Assembly: GCA_964016885.1 (NCBI GenBank)
Contig: OZ024742.1
Span: 374,046,001-374,110,000, forward strand
DNA from: Eledone cirrhosa
Taxonomy: Eukaryota
DNA length: 64,000 bases
Direction of reading: 5' to 3'
The notes under the pieces are model-generated. The model made no database searches, was not told the origin of the DNA, and saw nothing but the letters and a program-made list of their open reading frames with translations. Below, one piece after another: positions 1-8,370 of the stretch (its first letter is position 1; each line of letters starts with the position of its first letter). A program made the translations under genes and the position numbers.

Positions 1-239
1 ACACCAACCTCATTTGCAGTGAGTGCTGGGTGCTTTTTTGCCATGGCACCTCCACGACCACTTTACAGTGGAATGATACGGACCCCAGTCCCTATCATCT
101 CATTTCTACAGCTGAGTAAACTGGACCAATGTGAAATAAAGTGTCTTGCTCAAGGAAACAACACATCACCCGGTCTGAGAATTGAACTCACAACCTTTCA
201 ATTGCAAGGCCAATGCTCTAACCACTAAGCCATGTGCCT

Positions 240-242
<3 letters not shown>
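1..242 (-). mobile_element. tRNA-derived CORE-type SINE, copy 1 (3' end runs off the window start)
   Basis: The reverse complement matches 4804-5045 with about 9 differences. It has a Pol III A box (TGGCTTAGTGG), a B box (GAGTTCAATTC), a CORE-like segment (CCTTGAGCAAGACACTT...CAGCTGTAGAAATGAG) and then the LINE-shared tail. Confidence 0.85.

Positions 243-243
<1 letters not shown>

Positions 244-278
<35 letters not shown>
244..278. repeat. (TA)n tract; further tracts at 1657-1678, 3278-3332, 4731-4802, 5140-5195 and 7117-7180 separate every element of the cluster
   Basis: Read directly from the sequence. Confidence 0.95.
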
Positions 279-281
<3 letters not shown>

Positions 282-1658
282 CGTACAGGTTGGGGTCCAC
301 CAGGGCTCTGTTCTTAGCCCTCTCCTGTTCATCATAGTCCTGCAGGCAATAACGGAGGAGTTTAAGACCGGATGCCCATGGGAACTCCTGTATGCTGATG
401 ACCTCGCACTCATAGCTGAATCTATGGTAGAACTAGAGAATAAATTCCAAACCTGGAAGCAGGGACTAGAGAGAAAGGGCCTCAAAGTCAACATGACAAA
501 GACTAAGGTCCTTGTAAGTAGACGAGAAAACAGAACCCAGATCCCCTCAGGGAAATGGCCTTGCTCAGTATGTAGGAAAGGTGTAGGTAGGAACTCCATT
601 CTCTGCCCCAAATGCAAACAATGGGTACACAAGAGATGTAGCGGGATCTCAGGAAGCTTAATTAAGAATGTAGGATTCACATGCAGCAGCTGTGCTGAAA
701 CAGCAAGCAAACAGCCACAGGAAACAAGTACCACCAATCTCTGGGAGGGCCCTGTAGAAACAGTAGATAGCTTCTGCTACCTAGGTGACCGAATTAGCAA
801 CGGAGGTGGGTGCTCAGAAAGTACAATAACTAGGGTAAGAACGGGATGGAAGAAGTTTAGGGAACTACTACCACTGCTAGCTGCAAAAGGCTTCTCCCTC
901 AGAATGATAGGCAGACTGTATGATGCGTGTATCCGAACAGCGATGTTGCATGGTAGTGAGACCTGGGTGCTGAAGGTGGAAGACTTACGTAGATTAGAGA
1001 GAAATGAAGCCTGCATGCTCCGATGGATGTGTAACAGTAATATACGTGAACGACAAAGCATAAAGGAATTGAGAGAGAGACTGAGCATAAGAGGAATCAA
1101 ATGCTGCGTGCAGGAGAGGCGGTTACGCTGGTATGGACATGTGATGCGTATGAAGGATGACAGCTGCATAAAAATGTGCAGAGCACTAGAAGTTGATGGA
1201 AACCGCGGAGTGGGGAGACCCAAGATGACTTGGGATGAGGTGATAAAAGCCGACCTTACCCAACTACACCTCTCAAAGTCAATGACACACGACCGTGACT
1301 TCTGGCGTCACGCAGTAATACAGGGTACCCGACCTCCCATGGGTACATGCTGAAGCATATAAACAATATGCCCCCACTCCCCCCACCGCAAGGTGGTCGT
1401 GGAGGTGCCACGGCAAAAAAGCACCCAGCCCACACTGTAAAGTGGACATGTAGGCGCCACGAAAAAGCACCCAGCACTCACTGTAAATGAGGTTGGTGTT
1501 AGGAAGGGCATCCAGCTGTAGAAATCAAGCCAGATCAGTTCCTGTATGAGCAAGGCATGGTCAGCCGACCAGACACTGCCCACAACAGGACAACCCGTCT
1601 AACCCATGCTAGCGTGGAAGAACGGACGTAAAACGGTGATGATGATGATGATGATGAT
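278..1658 (+). mobile_element. 5'-truncated RTE-clade LINE, subfamily A, copy A1, with (GAT)n tail
   Basis: RT ORF, ~285-bp 3' UTR and (GAT)7 tail at 1638-1658. Nearly identical to 5738-7118. Confidence 0.92.
280..1353 (+). CDS. Truncated LINE reverse transcriptase (C-terminal part) with internal PHD-like finger
   Basis: Motifs GVHQGSVLSPLLF, LLYADDL, GLKVNMTKTKV, FCYLG, HGSETW, RRLRWYGHV and GRPKMTW are RTE-type. No stops. The ORF-track N-terminus (IYIYIY) is (TA)n read-through. Confidence 0.85.
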
Positions 1659-1677
1659 ATATATATATATATATATA

Positions 1678-3275
1678 TCATCATCATCATCATCAACGTT
1701 TAACGTCCGTGTTCCACGCTTGCATGGGTTTGGACGGGGGTAGTCCCACTTGAGGCAAGAGTGATTGTCTTACTCGCATAGGACTGTCTGGCAGGTTTTC
1801 TACAGTTGGATGCCCTTCCTAACACCAACCACATTTACAGTGTGGGTCTGGGAGGTTTTTACCGTGTTGCCTACACGGCCACATTACAGCGTGGACTGTG
1901 TGTTTTTTTGTCGTGACACCTACACGATCTCATTTGTTTCGGCCTGGATGGTGAGGCACCAACACAACTTTACATAGAACGGGGTGGCGTGGATGGGTTG
2001 GGGGTGGTGGTGGTGGTGGTGGGGGGGGGGGGGGGGGGGGGGGGGGGTATTTTGTTAGAGATGCCTACTGGCTGTAGTAGGTTTTACTATGTATTTAGGT
2101 AAGGCGGGTCTTCTCTGTTACTGAGTACCGCCAAAGGTCTCGGTCCAGTGACATTGTCTTGGAGAGGTGTAAGTGTGTGATGTCGGAGTTTATCAGCTCG
2201 TCCCAGGTTTTTCTAGGTCTGCCTATTCCGTGGCTACCGTCTATCTTTATTGCCCTGCACTTTGTTATACAGCTATCGACTTTCATGCGCATCACGTGTC
2301 CATACCAACGTAGCCTTCTCTCGAGTAAACAACATCTGATCCCTCTTATTTCTAATTTTTTCCTTAGTTCGTTTATGCTTTGCCGTTCACGTATATTACT
2401 GTTACACATCCAGCGGAGCATGCAAGCTTCGTTCCTCTCTAGTCTGCATATATCCTCTGCACACAATGCCCAGGTCTCACTGCCATGCAACATTGCTGTT
2501 CGTATGCAGGCATCGTACAACCTGCCTTTCATTTTTAGGGAGAACCCTTTAGCAGCTAATAGTGGTATAAGCTCTCTGAACTTTTTCCAACCAGTTCTGA
2601 CTCTAGCTACTGTACTTTCAGAGCACCCTCCCCCACTGCTGATTTTATCACCCAGGTAACGGAAACTGTCCACTATTTCTATAGAACCCTCTGCACAATT
2701 GAAAGAGCTAGTATTTTGTGGGCACTTGCTGCTACTTATTGCACCAGAGCACCGGCCACATGTAAAATCTATGTTCTTAGTTAGCTTACCTGTGATCCCA
2801 CTACATCTTTTATGCACCCATACTTTGCATTTAGGACATAAAATGGAGTTTCTACCTACGCCTTTCCTACACACCGAGCACGACCATTTCCCAGAAGGGA
2901 CCGCCGCCTTATTTTCTTTCCTACAAACTAGAACTTTAGTCTTAGCCAGGTTAATTTTAAGGCCTTTTGATTCTAGGCCGTGCTTCCATGTTTGGAATTT
3001 CTTCTCTAGCTCAGCCATTGATTCCGCTATGAGTGTCAGGTCGTCTGCGTATAGGAGTTCCCATGGGCAGCCGGTCTTGAACTCCTCTGTTATAGCCTGA
3101 AGGGCAATAATAAATAGTAGGGGGCTGAGAACAGAGCCCTGATGGACGCCAACTTTTACGCTAAACTCTTCACTATATTCGTTGTTAATTCTAACCTTGC
3201 TGACTGTTTCTTTATACATGGCTTGTATAGCTCTCACAAGCCATTCGTCAACGCCTAGTTTTCTAAGAGCCCACC

Positions 3276-3279
<4 letters not shown>
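1678..3279 (-). mobile_element. 5'-truncated RTE-clade LINE, subfamily B, copy B1
   Basis: (GAT)n tail seen as (TCA)6 at 1678-1695, 3' UTR at 1696-2094, and an RT ORF that starts at IWWALRKLG next to (TA)n. Confidence 0.92.
2095..3279 (-). CDS. Truncated LINE reverse transcriptase with internal PHD-like finger (subfamily B)
   Basis: Open frame with QGSVLSP, YADD, CSVC...CPKC...HKRC...CGRC, FRYLG and RRLRWYGHV. Confidence 0.85.
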
Positions 3280-3330
<51 letters not shown>

Positions 3331-3335
<5 letters not shown>

Positions 3336-4732
3336 CCCTTCAGGTTATAACAGAGGAGTTCAAGACAGGCTGCCCATGGGAACTCCTATACGCAGACGAC
3401 CTGACACTCATAGCGGAATCAATGGCCGAGCTAGAGAAGAAATTCCAAACATGGAAGCACGGCCTAGAGTCAAAAGGACTTAAAATTAACCTGGCTAAGA
3501 CCAAAGTACTAGTTTGTAGGAAAGAAAACAAGGCGGCGGTCCCTTCTGGGAAATGGTCGTGCTCGGTGTGTAGGAAAGGCGTAGGTAGAAACTCCATTTT
3601 ATGTCCTAAATGCAAAGTATGGGTGCATAAAAGATGTAGTGGGATCACAGGTAAGCTAACTAAGAACATAGATTTTACATGTGGCCGGTGCTCTGGTGCA
3701 ATAAGTAGCAGCAAGTGCCCACAAAATACTAGCTCTTTCAATTGTGCAGAGGGTTCTATAGAAATAGTGGACAGTTTCCGTTACCTGGGTGATAAAATCA
3801 GCAGTGGGGGAGGGTGCTCTGAAAGTACTGTAGCTAGAGTCAGAACTGGTTGGAAAAAGTTCAGAGAGCTTATACCACTATTAGCTGCTAAAGGGTTCTC
3901 CCTAAAAATGAAAGGCAGGTTGTACGATGCCTGCATACGAACAGCAATGCTGCATGGCAGTGAGACCTGGGCATTGTGTGCAGAGGATATACGCAGACTA
4001 GAGAGGAACGAAGCTTGCATGCTCCGCTGGATGTGTAACAGTAATATACGTGAACGGCAAAGCATAAACGAACTAAGGAAAAAATTAGAGATAAGAGGGA
4101 TCAGATGTTGTTTACTCGAGAGAAGGCTACGTTGGTATGGACACGTGATGCGCATGAAAGTCGATAGCTGTATAACAAAGTGCAGGGCAATAAAGATAGA
4201 CGGTAGTCACGGAATAGGCAGACCTAGAAAAACCTGGGACGAGCTGATAAACTCCGACATCACACACTTACACCTCTCCAAGACAATGTCACTGGACCGA
4301 GACCTTTGGCGGTACTCAGTAACAGAGAAGACCCGCCTTACCTAAATATATAGTAAAACCTACTCCAGCCAGTAGGCATCTCTAACAAAATACACCCCGT
4401 CCCACCACCCCCACCCCATCCACACCACCCCGTTCTATGTAAAGTTATGTTGGTGCCGCGCCATCCAGGCCGAAACAAATGAGATCGTGTAGGTGTCACG
4501 ACAAAAAAACACACAGTCCACGCTGTAATGTGGCCGTGTAGGCAACACGGTAAAAACCTCCCAGACCCACACTGTAAATGTGGTTGGTGTTAGGAAGGGC
4601 ATCCAACTGTAGAAAACCTGCCAGACAGTCCTATGCGAGCAAGACAATCACTCTTGCCTCAAGTGGGACTACCCCCGTCCAAACCCATGCAAGCGTGGAA
4701 CACGGACGTTAAACGTTGATGATGATGATGAT
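3331..4732 (+). mobile_element. 5'-truncated RTE-clade LINE, subfamily B, copy B2 (head-to-head with B1)
   Basis: Near-identical reverse complement of 1678-3109, with a (GAT)n tail at 4717-4732. Confidence 0.92.
3332..4345 (+). CDS. Truncated LINE reverse transcriptase with internal PHD-like finger (subfamily B)
   Basis: Open frame IALQVITEEF...YADD...EKTRLT*. The upstream part of the ORF-track call is antisense B1 plus (TA)n. Confidence 0.85.
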
Positions 4733-4803
4733 ATATATATGTATATGTATTATATATATATATATTATATATATATATATATATATGTATGTATTATATA
4801 TAA

Positions 4804-5139
4804 TGGAGGCACATGGCTTAGTGGTTAGAGCATTGGCCTTGCAATCGAAAGGTTGTGAGTTCAATTCTCAGACCGGGTGATGTGTTGTTTCCTTGAACAA
4901 GAAACTTTATTTCACATTGCTCCAGTTTACTCAGCTGTAGAAATGAGATGATAGGGACTGGGGTCCCTATCATTCCACTGCAAAGTGGTCGTGGAGGTGC
5001 CACGGCAAAAGAGCACCCAGCACTCACTGTAAATGAGGTTGGTGTTAGGAAGGGCATCCTGCTGTAGAAATCATGCCAGAATCAGTTCCTGTCCCACCCT
5101 TGCAAGCAGGGAAAAGCGGACGTAAAATGAAATGATGAT
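4804..5139 (+). mobile_element. Full-length tRNA-derived CORE-type SINE, copy 2, with LINE-A-like 3' tail
   Basis: A box near 4813-4823, B box near 4857-4867 and a CORE-like domain at 4891-4947. 4985-5092 matches the LINE-A 3' UTR. It ends GGACGTAAAATGAAATGATGAT. TATGTATTATATATA occurs on both flanks (possible TSD). Confidence 0.88.
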
Positions 5140-5195
5140 TATATATATATGTATTATATATATATATATATCATACATATTATATATATATATAA

Positions 5196-7118
5196 TAGGG
5201 AAGGCAACCGGTCCATCGGGTATAGCTGCCGAGATGCTGAAGGCATCTGGGTCTGTAGGTCACACTATAACCACACGTATCGTTAACCAGGTAATACTAG
5301 AGGGGGCCATACCAAAAGATTGGTGCAGTAGCATCATTGTCAACTGCTACAAAGGTAAAGGCGATGCACTAGATAGAGGAAACTATAGAGGTATAAAGTT
5401 GATGGACCAGGTCATGAAAGTAACAGAAAGAGTTATAGCACAGCTGATTAGGGACCGGGTGAATATAGACGAGATGCAATTTGGGTTTGTACCAGGGAAA
5501 GGCACCACTGATGCGCTCTTCCTTGTGAGGCAATTACAGGAAAAGTACCTAGCTAAAAGTAAGCCACTCTACTTGGCATTTGTCGACCTTGAGAAAGCCT
5601 TTGACAGAGTTCCACGTGCAGTAATCTGGTGGGCTCTTAGAAAACTAGGAGTAGATGAATGGCTTGTGAAAGCGGTACAAGCCATGTATAGGGGAGCAGT
5701 CAGCAAAGTTAGGATTGGCAATGAGTATAGCGAGGAATTTAGCGTACAGGTTGGGGTCCACCAGGGCTCTGTTCTTAGCCCTCTCCTGTTCATCATAGTC
5801 CTGCAGGCAATAACGGAGGAGTTTAAGACCGGATGCCCATGGGAACTCCTGTATGCTGATGACCTCGCACTCATAGCTGAATCTATGGTAGAACTAGAGA
5901 ATAAATTCCAAACCTGGAAGCAGGGACTAGAGAGAAAGGGCCTCAAAGTCAACATGACAAAGACTAAGGTCCTTATCAGTAGACGAGAAAACAGAACCCA
6001 GATCCCCTCAGGGAAATGGCCTTGCTCAGTATGTAGGAAAGGTGTAGGTAGGAACTCCATTCTTTGCCCCAAATGCAAACAATGGGTACACAAGAGATGT
6101 AGCGGGATCTCAGGAAGCTTAATTAAGAATGTAGGATTCACATGCAGCAGCTGTGCTGAAACAGCAAGCAAACAGCCACAGGAAACAAGTACCACCAATC
6201 TCTGGGTGGGCCCTGTAGAAACAGTAGACAGCTTCTGCTACCTAGGTGACCGAATTAGCAACGGAGGTGGGTGCTCAGAAAGTACAATAACTAGGGTAAG
6301 AACGGGATGGAAGAAGTTTAGGGAACTACTACCACTGCTAGCTGCAAAAGGCTTCTCCCTCAGAATGAAAGGCAGACTGTATGATGTGTGTATCCGAACA
6401 GCGATGTTGCATGGTAGTGAGACCTGGGCGCTGAAGGTGGAAGACTTACGTAGATTAGAGAGAAACGAAGCCTGCATGCTCCGATGGATGTGTAACAGTA
6501 ATATACGTGAACGACAAAGCATAAATGAATTGAGAGAGAGACTGAGCATAAGAGGAATCAAATGCTGCGTGCAGGAGAGGCGGTTACGCTGGTATGGACA
6601 TGTGATGCGTATGAAGGATGACAGCTGCATAAAAAGGTGCAGAGCACTAGAAGTTGACGGAAACCGCGGAGTGGGGAGACCCAAGATGACTTGGGATGAG
6701 GTGATAAAAGCCGACCTTACCCAACTACACCTCTCAAAGTCAATGACACACGACCGTGACTTCTGGCGTCACGCAGTAATACAGGGTACCCGACCTCCCA
6801 TGGGTACATGCTGAAGCATATAAACAATATGCCCCCCCCCCCCCACCGCAAGGTGGTCGTGGAGGTGCCACGGCAAAAAAGCACCCAGCCCACACTGTAA
6901 AGTGGACGTGTAGGCGCCACGAAAAAGCACCCAGCACTCACTGTAAATGAGGTTGGTGTTAGGAAGGGCATCCAGCTGTAGAAATCAAGCCAGATCAGTT
7001 CCTGTATGAGCAAGGCATGGTCAGCCGACCAGACACTGCCCACAACAGGACAACCCGTCTAACCCATGCTAGCGTGGAAGAACGGACGTAAAACGGTGAT
7101 GATGATGATGATGATGAT
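5196..7118 (+). mobile_element. 5'-truncated RTE-clade LINE, subfamily A, copy A2 (longest; complete RT, no endonuclease domain)
   Basis: Open RT frame, 3' UTR and (GAT)7 tail. ATATCATACATATTATATATATATATA lies on both flanks (5168-5194 and 7119-7145). Confidence 0.93.
5198..6814 (+). CDS. Non-LTR retrotransposon reverse transcriptase (RTE clade) with PHD-like finger at 6023-6154
   Basis: GKATGPSGI, KGKGD..DRGNYRGIKL, QFGF, FVDLEKAFDRV, QGSVLSP, YADD and YLG occur in canonical order. 538 codons with no stop. Confidence 0.9.
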   Translation, partial: GKATGPSGIAAEMLKASGSVGHTITTRIVNQVILEGAIPKDWCSSIIVNCYKGKGDALDRGNYRGIKLMDQVMKVTERVIAQLIRDRVNIDEMQFGFVPGKGTTDALFLVRQLQEKYLAKSKPLYLAFVDLEKAFDRVPRAVIWWALRKLGVDEWLVKAVQAMYRGAVSKVRIGNEYSEEFSVQVGVHQGSVLSPLLFIIVLQAITEEFKTGCPWELLYADDLALIAESMVELENKFQTWKQGLERKGLKVNMTKTKVLISRRENRTQIPSGKWPCSVCRKGVGRNSILCPKCKQWVHKRCSGISGSLIKNVGFTCSSCAETASKQPQETSTTNLWVGPVETVDSFCYLGDRISNGGGCSESTITRVRTGWKKFRELLPLLAAKGFSLRMKGRLYDVCIRTAMLHGSETWALKVEDLRRLERNEACMLRWMCNSNIRERQSINELRERLSIRGIKCCVQERRLRWYGHVMRMKDDSCIKRCRALEVDGNRGVGRPKMTWDEVIKADLTQLHLSKSMTHDRDFWRHAVIQGTRPPMGTC

Positions 7119-7180
7119 ATATCATACATATTATATATATATATATATATATCATACATATTATATATATATATATATAT

Positions 7181-7370
7181 GTAAAAGGTAAACAGAAATA
7201 ACAACACAATCGGTACAGTACATGGAAGGTATATATTAGGTTAACGCTTGATATAGCAGGAAGAGGGTCTTAACGTTTCGGACATTAGTCCTTCATCAGA
7301 AGAAAGAATGAGAAATGAGATAGATTGAGAGGACAGGCGGGATGGAATTGGAAAAAATGTCTTTAGATAA
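7181..7370 (-). mobile_element. Probable Penelope-like element terminal-repeat remnant (boundaries approximate)
   Basis: Carries the minimal hammerhead and runs ~90 nt further into (TA)n. No RT or GIY-YIG ORF is visible. Confidence 0.45.
7268..7303 (-). ncRNA. Minimal type-I hammerhead ribozyme (Penelope-like retroelement type)
   Basis: Minus strand reads UCUU-CUGAUGA-A-GGAC-UAAU-GUCC-GAAA-CGU-U-AAGA. Both core boxes are present, with a 4-bp stem II, a 4-bp stem I and a palindromic ACGU stem III. Confidence 0.72.
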
Positions 7371-7499
7371 AAATAACAGGTCCATTCATGTTGACATCTC
7401 TTGCAAAACTGTTGGTGCTGGTCCAGCAGATATTAGTAGACTGTACATTGATGTACAGAGAGGTTTCTCTCTGTACATCAATATTCTATTTACATATAT

Positions 7500-7546
7500 A
7501 TCATCATCATCATATATGTATATATTATATTAAATATGTGTGTGTA

Positions 7547-7577
<31 letters not shown>

Positions 7578-7642
7578 ATCATCACAGTTTAACATCTATT
7601 TTCCATAAAAATGCACTCAAAATATGAGAAAGAGAGAGAGAG
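7500..7642. repeat. Compound microsatellites (CAT)n, (TG)n and (GA)n
   Basis: Read directly from the sequence. Confidence 0.8.
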
Positions 7643-7730
7643 AAGAGTACAGAGCAAATGTAAACAAGGTGGAGTGTCCAGTCTATCTGAAAGGTCAGTA
7701 GCTTTAATTATCTCCCGACTTGGTCTGTGA

Positions 7731-7796
7731 AAACCCATCCAACTCTTGCTAGAAGGGAGAATGGACATTAAACGATGATAATGATGATGGTGATGC
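7731..7796 (+). mobile_element. Degraded 3' terminus of the (GAT)n-tailed LINE/SINE family
   Basis: AACCCATCCAACTCTTGCTAGAAGGGAGAATGGACATTAAACGATGATAATGATG aligns with the LINE terminus at 1593-1658. Confidence 0.65.
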
Positions 7797-8109
7797 TATA
7801 TATTACAAATTAATTAATTAATTAATCTAGCTAATTATTTCAACACCACAAGTATCCATAGAATCAATGCAGAATTCCTGTTTCTGTAGAACTCAGGAGA
7901 TGAGAACAAGAAGATGCAGGTAGGTTTCTCTTGGGAAGAAACTAAACTTAGCAGTGTAAGTTAATGAATTATAACTTCACCATTTATTAAACTTAATTAT
8001 ACTACCAGTTGTAATGAGAGAGCTTCTGAGTGGTTGCCTAACCTGCTAGAAATAGCAACAAAATTTTCTTGAAATCAAACCCCACTGTCTTAAACCTTTC
8101 ATTATAAAT

Positions 8110-8306
8110 AATGAATAACGAATAATGAAATTATTGTGTACAGTGCTCAGGTGCACTACAACTCATCAAAGGTGCATGTTAGGTGTAGTGTTGGCGAATC
8201 TCAGGAAGCATGGAGGTTTTAAAGGATGCAGTGTCTCGACAGCTAACAACTGATGCAGGTAGTTTGTTCCATGCTTCAGCAACTCTGAGCGTGAAGAAAT
8301 GTTTCC
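8110..8306 (-). mobile_element. 3' end of a CR1-type LINE
   Basis: Minus frame KHFFTLRVAEAWNKLPASVVSCRDTASFKTSMLPEIRQHYT* (stop at 8179-8181) matches the CR1/L2 C-terminal motif FFxxRVxxxWNxLPxxVVxxxxxxxFK. Confidence 0.75.
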
Positions 8307-8370
8307 AAAAGTCAATTTTTCATTGTCAGAGTTGCTGAAGCATGGAACAAACTACCTGCATCAGTTGTTA
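8244..8370. repeat. Perfect 45-bp inverted repeat with a 37-bp spacer
   Basis: 8244-8288 is the exact reverse complement of 8326-8370. Confidence 0.95.

Noticed and set aside
4804-4880. Possible tRNA gene (also 165-242 on the minus strand)
   Set aside because: A and B boxes are present, but there is no convincing acceptor stem and the sequence continues into SINE body and tail.
243-6684. ORFs antisense to the LINE RT frames (e.g. 243-737, 777-1223, 2159-2659, 5569-6198)
   Set aside because: Shadow frames of the RT coding sequence with no recognisable motifs.
5198-6814. Bacterial-type RT system (retron, group II intron or DGR) suggested by the YADD motif
   Set aside because: Motif order, the C-terminal RRLRWYGH/GRP motifs, 5' truncations and microsatellite tails all fit a eukaryotic RTE non-LTR retrotransposon.
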